DNA of 63,691 nt, the filler included, from Octopus bimaculoides (Eukaryota): the NCBI RefSeq assembly GCF_001194135.2. It is 6 parts of 6 records of this genome, joined end to end, with 100 filler letters (N's around TTAATTAATTAA, not from the genome) between each part and the next. Parts side by side here need not be neighbours in the genome. Positions count along the whole stretch, not along the records: positions 1 to 20,626 come from NC_068999.1; positions 20,727 to 35,039 come from NC_068995.1; 4 more parts are not named here. One strand, 5' to 3'. Both the position numbers and the translations under genes were made by a program. This document shows positions 12,048 through 22,722 of this stretch, piece after piece. The notes beneath the pieces are model-generated. The model did no database searches. It saw only the letters and a list, made by a program, of their open reading frames with translations, and had not been told where the DNA came from. Position 1 is the first letter of the stretch. Every line of letters starts with the position of its first letter.

Positions 12048-15000
12048 CCTATCTATCTATCTATCTATACCTATATATATACTGGGTGTGTAAGATATTT
12101 CAGGATAGATATATGTTTATTAAAAAATGGATATGTAATAAGATAATAACTTTATTTATCAAAAAATGCAATGAAGATAAAAATAAACCTTCTTTTCTAT
12201 AATGTTATTCACTAAAGCAACCTTCAGTTTCAACTGTTGCTTCATTATGAGATCTAAATCATCTACATGCTCGAATCAAGTGGTCATAGTTTATTTTGGA
12301 CATTACTCTGACTATGGCAGCTTTCAAAGAATCTTTGGTGTTACCTCTCAACAATGCTCCACATGTAATAGTCCAAAGGATTGAGATCTGAGGAATTAGG
12401 ACGCCAAATGTTAGGGGTTATGTGATCATGAAAATTTTCAGCCACCCATTCCTGTACTACTAAAGCTATGTGTGACTGTGCAGAGTCATACTGAAACACA
12501 TATGGCCTTCCATTGCATACACTGTCTATCGAGGGTGTAATTATTTCCAGGACCTCAATGTAAGCGGCAGAGTTAACTCTAGGGCCTTGTGGAAAGAAGT
12601 AAGGAAGCATTACATGTCTTTTATTGCTGACAACCCCTAAAACCATGATGGTTGCAGGAAATTTTTGGATCCATAACACTTGTTTAACTTCAGAAGGGTC
12701 TGCACATAACCATCTGTCATCTCTTCTGTTAACTTTTTGATCTTGGACGAAGTTTTACTCGTTTTAGAAAAACTAAATCAAATCTTCTTCTGCTGGATTT
12801 TTCAGTTTGTTTGAGAGCCTTTTATATCTGATGTAGTGATTTTCTTTTGCTTTTTCTGACAAACTGACCTTCNNNNNNNNNNNNNNNNNNNNNNNNNNNN
12901 NNNNNNNNNNNNNNNNNNNNNNNNNNNNNNNNNNNNNNNNNNNNNNNNNNNNNNNNNNNNNNNNNNNNNNNNNNNNNNNNNNNNNNNNNNNNNNNNNNNN
13001 NNNNNNNNNNNNNNNNNNNNNNNNNNNNNNNNNNNNNNNNNNNNNNNNNNNNNNNNNNNNNNNNNNNNNNNNNNNNNNNNNNNNNNNNNNNNNNNNNNNN
13101 NNNNNNNNNNNNNNNNNNNNNNNNNNNNNNNNNNNNNNNNNNNNNNNNNNNNNNNNNNNNNNNNNNNNNNNNNNNNNNNNNNNNNNNNNNNNNNNNNNNN
13201 NNNNNNNNNNNNNNNNNNNNNNNNNNNNNNNNNNNNNNNNNNNNNNNNNNNNNNNNNNNNNNNNNNNNNNNNNNNNNNNNNNNNNNNNNNNNNNNNNNNN
13301 NNNNNNNNNNNNNNNNNNNNNNNNNNNNNNNNNNNNNNNNNNNNNNNNNNNNNNNNNNNNNNNNNNNNNNNNNNNNNNNNNNNNNNNNNNNNNNNNNNNN
13401 NNNNNNNNNNNNNNNNNNNNNNNNNNNNNNNNNNNNNNNNNNNNNNNNNNNNNNNNNNNNNNNNNNNNNNNNNNNNNNNNNNNNNNNNNNNNNNNNNNNN
13501 NNNNNNNNNNNNNNNNNNNNNNNNNNNNNNNNNNNNNNNNNNNNNNNNNNNNNNNNNNNNNNNNNNNNNNNNNNNNNNNNNNNNNNNNNNNNNNNNNNNN
13601 NNNNNNNNNNNNNNNNNNNNNNNNNNNNNNNNNNNNNNNNNNNNNNNNNNNNNNNNNNNNNNNNNNNNNNNNNNNNNNNNNNNNNNNNNNNNNNNNNNNN
13701 NNNNNNNNNNNNNNNNNNNNNNNNNNNNNNNNNNNNNNNNNNNNNNNNNNNNNNNNNNNNNNNNNNNNNNNNNNNNNNNNNNNNNNNNNNNNNNNNNNNN
13801 NNNNNNNNNNNNNNNNNNNNNNNNNNNNNNNATACTGTTATTTGTTATTTTTAAAACAGAAATTAAAACTCGTATTATGTGATAGAAAAATTTAATATAC
13901 CTATTCGTGCATCGCCCATTGTTTTATACCCAAAATAAGTAAAATAGTTATCTTGTGTTAGGACATGCTGATGTTTTCTTGTAATTCTATGTTGAAGTGC
14001 ATACCATGTTACAGTTTCTTCTGAAAGTCTTTGACAAAATTCATAGCATCTCTTATCATCTGCTTTACTAAAGTGATTGCCATTATTCTTGATACAGTGT
14101 ACATCTCCTAATATGCTGCCATTGTATTGTAGCTTATCTTTGTGGAATTACACATTCTTCATACATGACAAATTGTTAAATCACGAGATGGGTTTATTAA
14201 AAATGGTTATAAGTAATCCTTGAGCTATTTTTCTGAAATGATGGAATGGGAGGACCTGAGGTGGACAGATTATGCCTTTGGATTTAAATTGCTGGTGTTT
14301 TGGATGAGAGAAATCAAGGTAAAACGTGTAATGGATTAATAGATAAATATAGACAGATAAATGAATAGACAGACAAATATATAGATAAACAAACAAAGAG
14401 ATTGACAGACACACAGACACGTTGACAAGCAGTACTCACACTTGGCAGTTGTTCAACCATTTCAAGCAAGGCATCATCTTCTACAACAGAAGGTCTCCCT
14501 GACCTTGGTCTGTCTTCAAGGCTGGTGTCACCTTCCTTCTGAATCAGTCCTGGGTCTTCCACATCATTGATTTCTTTTTGCTGTTGCCCTGGCACTCAGT
14601 CCTTTTTCTACAGGGAATGTAAAATGGCTCTAAATGTAATTTTTCTTACCACCCATTATCAAAACTGTAAAATAAAGAATAAAAGTTAATGTTTATATGT
14701 TATGAGAGCAAAGAATAAACAATATAACATGGAGATACATTGCCAAAAATCCTCAGTGAAAATCCCCCAAAACTTCCAACTCGTATATCCTAGAGTAGCA
14801 GTTCTCTACTGGTGGTCCGTGACAGTAAAAGCTTCAACCACATATTCTACCAGTATTGTACATTAGGGTTTGTCAGAATGTTCTCATACATTTGCTTATT
14901 GTAATAGTTTTCTATTTGATTGTATTATTTAATATTTAATTTCTTGTTTAATTTCATTNNNNNNNNNNNNNNNNNNNNNNNNNNNNNNNNNNNNNNNNNN

Positions 15001-18000
15001 NNNNNNNNNNNNNNNNNNNNNNNNNNNNNNNNNNNNNNNNNNNNNNNNNNNNNNNNNNNNNNNNNNNNNNNNNNNNNNNNNNNNNNNNNNNNNNNNNNNN
15101 NNNNNNNNNNNNNNNNNNNNNNNNNNNNNNNNNNNNNNNNNNNNNNNNNNNNNNNNNNNNNNNNNNNNNNNNNNNNNNNNNNNNNNNNNNNNNNNNNNNN
15201 NNNNNNNNNNNNNNNNNNNNNNNNNNNNNNNNNNNNNNNNNNNNNNNNNNNNNNNNNNNNNNNNNNNNNNNNNNNNNNNNNNNNNNNNNNNNNNNNNNNN
15301 NNNNNNNNNNNNNNNNNNNNNNNNNNNNNNNNNNNNNNNNNNNNNNNNNNNNNNNNNNNNNNNNNNNNNNNNNNNNNNNNNNNNNNNNNNNNNNNNNNNN
15401 NNNNNNNNNNNNNNNNNNNNNNNNNNNNNNNNNNNNNNNNNNNNNNNNNNNNNNNNNNNNNNNNNNNNNNNNNNNNNNNNNNNNNNNNNNNNNNNNNNNN
15501 NNNNNNNNNNNNNNNNNNNNNNNNNNNNNNNNNNNNNNNNNNNNNNNNNNNNNNNNNNNNNNNNNNNNNNNNNNNNNNNNNNNNNNNNNNNNNNNNNNNN
15601 NGAATGTTATATTAAGTTTGAGAAAGTGCTGTGACCAAAGTGAGGTTAGTGTGATGAATGATCAGTTCGGTCTGTGGTAGACACAGACTAAGGAATATTG
15701 TTCTGGAAAGAAAAATGAAATCTAAAGAAGAAAGGTTGACCATGTATTGACTTTGAATGGTTGTAGTACTAAGAGAAAAATTAAGAAGCCATTGGAAAAG
15801 ATAAGTTATTCTTTTATTGTAAAACCTGATTCTTATTTGGTACCAAATTTCTGTAAACAATACAAATTTTCTTTAGCATTTTACTCTGCAAAAGAGACAT
15901 ATCACCTCTGAAGACTGCAATTTGGTGAGATTTATGTGATTAATATTAGCATGAAGTTCTGTAGGTCAAAACCTGTAGTGAAAGTGAGGGGAAGAAAGGG
16001 AATAGATGTCTGAAGGGGAAGGGCAAAGTAGAATGTTTGGTAATAGGTTGTTTGAGAGAAAAAGAGACTCAGTATGGGTAAGAGGAGGGAAGCCGAGTGG
16101 ATTAACTCACAAGTATTGCACAACTAGTTAATTNNNNNNNNNNATGGTGAGTGAATATTTAGCAGTCAGAGGAGGCCCAATGCTCAAAGTGGCAGAGTTC
16201 CTTTCAAGCATTGGGCCTTATAGAGGCAATGTGACTGAGTTCCTTTTGTGTGTTGGGTCTCACGGAGGCAATAACTGTAACCTTTGGCATTATTTTGTGC
16301 TTAAGAAGAAGACCCATCAAGCCAAGCAAAAAACCACAGTTGTGGCAGATACTGGTTCACACAAATGGCACCCATGCCAGTGGCATGTAAAAACACCCAT
16401 TACACTCTTGGAGTGGTTGGCATTAAGAAGGGCATCCAGTTGTAAAAACCCATGNNNNNNNNNNCTCTTGGAGTGGTTGGCATTAAGAAGGGCATCCAGT
16501 TGTAAAAACCCATGCCAAATCAGACTGGAGTCTGGTGCAGCCTTCCAGCTTACCAGCCCTGGTCAAACTGTCCAATCCATGCCAGTATGGACAATGGACA
16601 TTAAATTATGATGATGTGGTCGGGAATGTAGCAGTTGTTTCATTCTCAAAGTCTTAAGAAATAATTGTTTATCTCGAGAGGGAAACTTTATAAAACCTAA
16701 GTCAGCCATTCACCTAAATGATCCAGGAATACAGAAGTTGTGTTCTTATTACCAATTTAGAAAACATTTGACTTTTAGAAATCCGCTGTTAAAACTTTAA
16801 ATGCTTCCATAACTTTAAGTGTTCTTTAATCATTATATAATATTAAATGTTGTTATATATATATATTTCATTAATTAATTCTAGCTGTTAAGGTGAATAT
16901 TTTGCTGTTATAACACTCAAATTAAATCACTTGATAGAAATTTAATTTCACTCCTACACTAGTGTTCCATTTTTTGATGATTTGATAAAAAATTGTAAAT
17001 GAAAATGGATTTGAAAGTAAAAATGTAAACTAATGTCATCTGTAGAAGATTACAGATTATCTGTAGAAGAGTACAACAATTGATAATCTCTCTGAGTATA
17101 ATGACAAAAGTTGAGATATATGTGTTCACTCAATTCTTACTGTTCAATTTATAAATCCTTTGTGAAATTCTGACTTATATTTCTTTTAGGGTTATATGGC
17201 TTATATAAGAAATCTTCCCATTAATGATACACCAGAGATCTTTGGTCTTCATGACAATGCAAATATCACTTGTGCACAAACGGACACATTTCAGCTGTTA
17301 ACATGGTTGTTAAATTTGCAACCAAAGGTATCTACAGGAGTTGGCAAGTCCAGAGAAGAGGTAAGTGCTATATTTTCTACAATCTTAAATCTATCAAAAG
17401 AAATATTAAGTAAATTGCATTTCCATTCTAAACATAATTTCACTTCAGATTTTACTGAGGTTCAGCATTCATCTAACTGTTTTTTGATAAAATAAGCTTT
17501 ATCATAAATATTTTGGTGTATAATGTTTGGTGTATTTTTAGACATGTAACACATCTCATTAAATAAGAATTCCTTTGATCAAATCAGTTAAAGAACTGCA
17601 TATATTCCATTCCACTTTCTTTTGTCATCCATCCTTCATTTGCAGTATTTCTCTTTCGCATTTTTCATTTTCTGCTGACCAACCTTTTCACCTTTTTTCA
17701 TACTTAACACCCTCTAATATCTGCTATAATTCTCAACACTTCATGTCTGTCATCACCAGCACTCTCTGCATCCATTCCTATGTATCTCTGACCTTCATCT
17801 CTATCAATGTGTACCTCTCTCTACTTCCCCCTCGCATTTCACATCATTTCCCTATTTCTCACCCATTTACAGTTCTAGAATACTTCTGCTCTCCACCCTT
17901 TCTCTATGGCCATTTATCACCTCCTCCACCCCCTTTCATTCATCTTCACCACAAACCATCTGTCACTCTCCTTTCACACTTTTGTGAACTTTAACCCAAT

Positions 18001-18302
18001 CCACTGTCCTTATTCTTTCTTATATTCACCTTCCTTCGTGCACCTTTAATGGTAAGCCCTCACATTTTGTTTCCATATCTATTTCCTTTTCCATTTACTA
18101 TCACCCATCCTTAAGAGCCACCATTATTTCTCCTATATACTTATTTTTGTATGTATTGCTTAACCAAACAGGTGACAGAAAAAACAGCCAAAGATATCAT
18201 ACAGCTTCTCCCTCACTTATTTCATGAGAAAAGTGTAATGGAACAGTACCCAATATTGTATGAGCAATCTATGAACACAGTTCTTGTCCAAGAAGTCATT
18301 CG
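720..18302 (+). CDS. DNAH1: Axonemal dynein heavy chain, DNAH1-like; partial multi-exon gene (12 visible exons, AAA5 to start of C-terminal domain)
   Basis: Twelve GT-AG exons with consistent phases translate to dynein motifs ([82 protein letters not shown]). The wording closely follows human DNAH1 as recalled; paralogue assignment not tested by phylogeny. Confidence 0.88.
1042..1202 (+). CDS. DNAH1: Dynein heavy chain exon [14 protein letters not shown]...[28 protein letters not shown] (AAA5)
   Basis: Acceptor AG 1040-1041, donor GT at 1203; 161 nt, ends phase 2. Confidence 0.93.
1402..1627 (+). CDS. DNAH1: Dynein heavy chain exon [25 protein letters not shown]...[11 protein letters not shown] (buttress/strut coiled coil)
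   Basis: Acceptor AG 1400-1401, donor GT at 1628; 226 nt, completes the split Ser codon; inside ORF 1355..1642. Confidence 0.93.
2350..3330 (+). mobile_element. Highly decayed LINE (CR1/L2-like) remnant
   Basis: Scattered motif remnants: ILSDFNA (APE 'GDFN'-like) near 2370 and LAPILT near 2800; no continuous frame. Confidence 0.3.
3564..3759 (+). CDS. DNAH1: Dynein heavy chain exon [14 protein letters not shown]...[25 protein letters not shown]
   Basis: Acceptor CAG 3561-3563, donor GTATGT at 3760; 196 nt, ends phase 1. Confidence 0.93.
3985..4136 (+). CDS. DNAH1: Dynein heavy chain exon [36 protein letters not shown]...LIDM
   Basis: Acceptor CAG 3982-3984, donor GTAAGT at 4137; 152 nt. 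Confidence 0.93.
4233..4432 (+). CDS. DNAH1: Dynein heavy chain exon [10 protein letters not shown]...[17 protein letters not shown]...IFDSSEPQ
   Basis: Acceptor AG 4231-4232, donor GT at 4433; 200 nt, ends phase 2. Confidence 0.92.
4521..5781 (+). mobile_element. 5'-truncated RTE-clade LINE (RT C-terminal part, N gap, 3' UTR with (GAT)n tail)
   Basis: Stop-free frame 4520-4883: [12 protein letters not shown]...VCGRC...[18 protein letters not shown]...[16 protein letters not shown]...[14 protein letters not shown]. After the gap a 3' UTR ends in GGACGTTAAAC(GAT)n. Confidence 0.85.
6290..6915 (+). mobile_element. 3' fragment of an RLE-type non-LTR retrotransposon (R4/Dong-like), frameshifted
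   Basis: ORFs 6275..6466 and 6384..6851: end of zinc knuckle ([17 protein letters not shown]), [11 protein letters not shown]...IIDIACP (PD..D nuclease), [20 protein letters not shown]. Confidence 0.8.
7885..8029 (+). CDS. DNAH1: Dynein heavy chain exon [48 protein letters not shown]
   Basis: Acceptor CAG 7882-7884, donor GT at 8030; 145 nt, completes the split Arg codon. Confidence 0.93.
8284..8442 (+). CDS. DNAH1: Dynein heavy chain exon [53 protein letters not shown] (AAA6)
   Basis: Acceptor CAG 8281-8283, donor GT at 8443; 159 nt, phase 0/0. Confidence 0.93.
8470..8800. repeat. Decayed minisatellite, unit resembling TCTCACTGACCAGTGA, interrupted by (TG)n
   Basis: At least six diverged recurrences of (g)tctcactgacc/ctgacca in the intron 8443-9005. 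Confidence 0.5.
9006..9137 (+). CDS. DNAH1: Dynein heavy chain exon [44 protein letters not shown] (AAA6)
   Basis: Acceptor AG 9004-9005, donor GT at 9138; 132 nt, phase 0/0. Confidence 0.93.
10274..10358. repeat. 16-bp inverted repeat pair inside a probable MITE-like insert
   Basis: GTATGGGAGATAACTC (10274-10289) and GAGTTGTCTCCCATAC (10343-10358), one mismatch. Confidence 0.6.
10639..10785. repeat. 147-bp near-perfect palindrome (73-bp arms, 1-nt spacer)
   Basis: 10639-10711 equals the reverse complement of 10713-10785 except one CpG/TpG difference. Confidence 0.95.
11088..11261 (+). CDS. DNAH1: Dynein heavy chain exon [44 protein letters not shown]...LAEK (AAA6)
   Basis: Acceptor CAG 11085-11087, donor GT at 11262; 174 nt, phase 0/0. 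Confidence 0.93.
11958..12068. repeat. (ATCT)n microsatellite
   Basis: Directly visible. Confidence 0.95.
12082..12872 (-). mobile_element. Tc1/mariner superfamily, maT (DD37D)-type transposase fragment, decayed and cut by gap
   Basis: ORF 12341..12679: [12 protein letters not shown]...[11 protein letters not shown]...[14 protein letters not shown], with 37 residues between the 2nd and 3rd Asp. The end abuts TA at 12080-12081. Confidence 0.8.
14430..14660 (-). mobile_element. Mariner transposase N-terminal (HTH) fragment
   Basis: ORF 14314..14595 contains [29 protein letters not shown], the typical mariner 'LED..RSGRP' linker. Confidence 0.7.
16340..16617 (+). mobile_element. RTE 3'-UTR-related short element, with 50-bp contig-overlap duplication across a 10-N gap
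   Basis: Homologous to 5610-5780 (GAGTGGTTGGC.TTA.GAAGGGCATCCAG ... CAAATCAGACTGGAG ... tail TGATGATG). Confidence 0.7.
17190..17360 (+). CDS. DNAH1: Dynein heavy chain exon [30 protein letters not shown]...GKSREE
   Basis: Acceptor TAG 17187-17189, donor GTAAGT at 17361; 171 nt, phase 0/0. Confidence 0.93.
18172..18302 (+). CDS. DNAH1: Dynein heavy chain exon [14 protein letters not shown]...[18 protein letters not shown](R) (C-terminal domain); last visible exon
   Basis: Acceptor CAG 18169-18171, donor GTAAGA at 18303; 131 nt, ends phase 2. Confidence 0.92.
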
Positions 18303-18559
18303 GTAAGATATAGATTTTAATACCTTTTGTAGTAGTCATTTATGTTTTGTGTATAAAAATATAAAAGCACTGCACATGTATGTTGTTTTGTGAAGAATAT
18401 CAGGTTGAGTCAAATGTTTTTTGTCTTTTTTTTTCTGTATTTCAAGCTTTAATTAATAATTCAAACAAATCACATATGAAAAGTATTTATTCATCAAAAT
18501 ATATACCATCATATTCTGTTGTCTGTTGCCATTGTTGTGTTAGAAGCTCAATTCCACAC

Positions 18560-18950
18560 TTTTGGCTAGTTCAGAGGTAAAAATTCCCTACATATGTTTT
18601 CAACTTCATCCACATTGTTGATCCTCTTTCTATTCGGGAAATGAGCCACAGCTCAGAAAAGTTGGTAATTTGATGACGCAATATGTGAACTGTAGGCAGA
18701 ACTTCCAGCCCTTCACGTCCCTGAAGTTTGCACTTGGTTACATTGGTAGTGTGCGCTGAGGCATTGTCATGCTGTAGAAGTATGCTTCTTCAATTGATCA
18801 ATGCCAGCCAGTGGGCTTTCAAAGTATCATAGGCTCATTACAGTTGTGGAGCATTAAGGTTAGCATTCACAACATGACCATCTGAGACAAATTCAAAGGG
18901 CAATGCTCCTTCGAAATGGTACCAAACACACATGACCTTCTACTTAAACC
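18560..18950 (-). mobile_element. Mariner (DD34D-type) transposase C-terminal fragment, decayed
   Basis: Reverse strand reads KVMCVWYHFEGALPFEFV...ILLQHDNASAHT...LEVLP...NYQLF...EVENICREF with stops and indels. Confidence 0.7.
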
Positions 18951-19320
18951 ACATTAGTCAACTATTTCTTCACACTCTAGCTTTCACTAGTGAAGTTTTA
19001 GAGATGGATAGCAATATATAAAAAGTAGGCGTATGTATTCAGGAGCTGTCAATCAATTAGGTACTGACTACAGAGGGAAAGAGAGACAGAGAAGAGAAGT
19101 TTGATATTGTTAAGGGGACAGTGGAATTATTTCTACAATTACTCAGTTCTGGTGGTGCATAGATATTCCTGTTATGGGTATTTGCAATAGAAATATTACC
19201 GTTTTGTATATGGTAGTTTAAGAACTATTATTAGTATTGTGCTTATTGAATCTACTCTCAGAATCTAAGATTGAACTAGAAATAATGCAGTTATTAATTA
19301 CATACATACATACATACATG

Positions 19321-19916
19321 ATGGCCGTCCACTCGTGACCGAGGAAGACCATTGCCGACCTTCAGGAACATTGTGCGCTCTAGGACTAACTTATATTTTG
19401 CATTTGCGGCTGCGTTGGTGGCTAATGAGCCCTGCTCTTGACAAGCATACACGATTCCAAACATTGCAGACCAAGCTTTCCCCATTCACTTTACGAGCCG
19501 TGTGCTTTCGCGCAACTTGCTTAAGTTCTTCACGCTGGATACGTGCTCTCTCAAAAGTGTCGATCCCCTCCTTAACCTGCTCCCTCCATCTGTGGTGATG
19601 ACAGGCATTGTTCTCCCAGTCAGTGTCCTGCATATCACAGGCCTCTAATGAAGACTTGACACAGTCCTTAAATCGCAGCCTTGGTTTCTGCCGGAGTCTC
19701 CTTCCATTCACAAGTTCTCCATAGAGCACCTGATTAGGAATCCTGCTTGTGCACCATCGCCTCAATACTCAAGATATCAGCTGTCCTCAGGACCTGTGTG
19801 TCCGGAATTTTTGAGGTCTCGCCAACATTGAGAATGTGTCTGAGACATCTCTGATGAAAGCGTTCAAGGACCCTTACCTGACGTTTGTACAGAGTCCATG
19901 TCTCACATGAGTAGAC
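19321..19916 (-). mobile_element. 5'-truncated RTE (BovB-like) LINE 3' end with (ATGT)n tail
   Basis: ETWTLYKRQVRVLERFHQRCLRHIL followed by ORF 19391..19765 (SRIPNQVLYGEL...RLRFKD...terminal CCHH-like knuckle VCLSRAGLISHQR). Confidence 0.82.
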
Positions 19917-20626
19917 GTATGTATGTATGTATGTATGTATTTTAGTTTTATAAAGAATTTTTATATCTTGTAACAGTTTGTAAATTACTGGTTTATACCA
20001 ACAGAGTTATCTCCCCTGCACTTGTTTTTAGATCTTTCTTGTAACGTCTGTTCTCTCAGTTCACTGTTTGGCAACTACTACACCATATACATATGATTGT
20101 CTCCTCTTCTACATATTACTCGACGTTGTTAATGTCTGCCTGCTCTCTTAATGCCTTTGTTCTCAACTTTACATGTAAATTAACATATCTTACCTCACTC
20201 CTCTTTAGCCTCTGCACATCTACATTCAATGACCAAATCGAATTATAACATCTCACTCAATATATCTGCTTCAATGACTGAGACAGAAATTCTGACCAAC
20301 ACAGATAACAATTCTTCACCTACTTTCCTCTCTCTCACTTGACCTTTACTACTGAAGTTGTTTTGACTACACTTGCATCTTCACAATTTCCAATGCTGGC
20401 ATGGGCTGGATTAGAAACTTTTCATTTGACATAGGTTTCTCCATGATGGTATGATTGGATAAGTCCACCACGTAGCATATCACCACTTATCTCATTCATT
20501 TTCTCTGAGGTCAAATATATAAAAATTCCATCTTACCACTTTGTCTTCCGTTTGCTCTCCCCCAGATGCCTCTCTTTTACAGTAAAAATACAATGAGTCT
20601 CCACCACTACTTCTTATTTATATCCA

Positions 20627-20726
20627 NNNNNNNNNNNNNNNNNNNNNNNNNNNNNNNNNNNNNNNNNNNNTTAATTAATTAANNNNNNNNNNNNNNNNNN
20701 NNNNNNNNNNNNNNNNNNNNNNNNNN
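20627..20726. other. Assembly join: 44 N + TTAATTAATTAA + 44 N
   Basis: Exact 100-nt pattern repeated five times in the window; the 12-mer has stops in all six frames. Confidence 0.93.
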
Positions 20727-20790
20727 CATACAGGTGGATGTCGGTATGCACATACCTGTACGTATATATGCATATACTCATTTACTATTT

Positions 20791-20878
<88 letters not shown>

Positions 20879-22519
20879 AAATATATATATATTTAGGCGA
20901 ACAAATCTATCCCCCAGTGCCTTTTCTCAAAACTTGGAAGTTATTCTCCCATCCCTTCTACCGAACGATTCGATTCCAGAGACGTAAAGAAACCAGCATG
21001 AGTTGTCAAGCTGCGGTTGGGGCACAAAATCTCAAACACACACAAACACAGACTTACTTACACACGGGATGTTTTCAGTTACCATCAAAGCCCCTCACAG
21101 GACTTTGGACGTGTGTGTGTGTGTCTACTGAATGCACACAAAGGAGTTTATTGATGAAATAGCGTCAATTCAAAATTTAATTCACAACGTTATGAATTCA
21201 AATTTCGTGTTTGCACTTGCGGACATCAAGCAAGGAATTTATTACATAAACAGTATTTATTGAACAAAATTGTGCCAAATTTATTTCATATCGTAAATTA
21301 TTAATTTCATTTAACTGTAGTAACTGACAGGCGAAATTGGTGTTGTAGAGGTGATAAACTGTCGTGAATTCGTGGAGCTGTGATGCACCACTGCTCCTTG
21401 TTTCCCTCTGAAGATATCAACCATGAAGGCGAATGGATAGCAGGTAGCTTCATGAATGTTACCAGCAGCAGCTGGTAGCATGAGCCGCGCTGTTCTCTGT
21501 TTACCTAGCAGATACTGGTTCTAATTAATGAGTTCTCTTAAATCTGTTAAAATGTTAATTACATTGCTCCACGTCGATATCCCTTAACAGGACATTATCA
21601 AAAGAATCAGCACAGAAAGAACAGTTAAGATTCTTGAGCATCGGTTTGTTGTCTTTTTTACATTTCGGGTAAAAAAATCCCTCGACGGAAGTAAAATACT
21701 AAATGTGGTACAGAGAATAAATTATAAGTCGGTTCAGTTATATTTCTGTTGCGTAACGCAAATAATGCGTGGGCTTTCTTTCCAATTCATGAAACTTAAA
21801 TAAGTCCAGAAGACTGAGCAAATGTTCATTAAAATATTCAGTAGGTAAATATAGAATCAAGGATATTCTTTAGAGCGTACATTCCTTGAGGGCTCCAATG
21901 ATGAAATTTCCTCTTATTTCTCTTTCCACACTTTCATTCCATCCTGTTTATCTTCCCACTTCATTTCTCCTCTAATCCTCCTTCTTTCATTCCCTCCACC
22001 TTTGAATATGTTCATTTTGCTAGTCTTCGTTCCATTGTTTGACTTTAATAATGAAATTCGTGCCGACTGTTCTCCCAGATTGGTTGTCACCGATGTTTAA
22101 TAAATTACTACAGTGAACTCTGGTCATGTTTTTAAATATAGAATTAGGCGATTCTACTGTGTTGATAAAGTTGTAATAGTTTTGTTGTTTCTACCGTGAT
22201 TCTTGTTGTTTAGCCCATGGCTAGTTTTGAGTGAGCCAATAGACTTATAAAAGTATTTCCTGCTTTTCTTCTTCTTCCATATTTTATGCAGATATAAACT
22301 GTGTAAAACTAAACGATTTCAGTCACCGATTGAGTGAAATTGCAGCTAGTGTTTCCTGAGACTCTAGCGTCCACACATATCATTTTCTCATGGATATTTT
22401 GTACATGAGTTCGTCTTATTCCTCCTCTTCCAATATTCAAAGAGAAACAAGTTTCCCGAATCAATGCGATAATGTAGAAGTTGACAAAATTTCGTTTCTT
22501 TATCATTAACTGCTCTATT

Positions 22520-22722
22520 AAGGCGGCGAGCTGGCAGAAACGTTACCACGCCGGGCGAAATGCCTAACGGTATTTCGTTTGTCTTTACGTTCTGAGTTCA
22601 AATTCCACCGAGGTCAACCTTGCTTTTCATTCTTTCGGGGTCGATAAATTAAGTACCAGTTGCGTACTGGAGTCGATCTAATCGACTGGCCTTCTCCCCC
22701 AAAAAATCGGGCATTGTATCGC
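22520..22722 (+). mobile_element. tRNA-derived SINE, here called family B (AAGGCGGCGAGCTGGCAGAAACGTTAGC...GAGTTCAAATTCC...)
   Basis: A-box-like TGGCAGAA..G and B-box-like GAGTTCAAATTCC; many similar copies at 35-53 kb. Confidence 0.85.

Noticed and set aside
21383-21478. Short open frame MHHCSLFPSEDINHEGEWIAGSFMNVTSSSW
   Set aside because: 31 codons, no recognisable homology, no supporting splice pattern.
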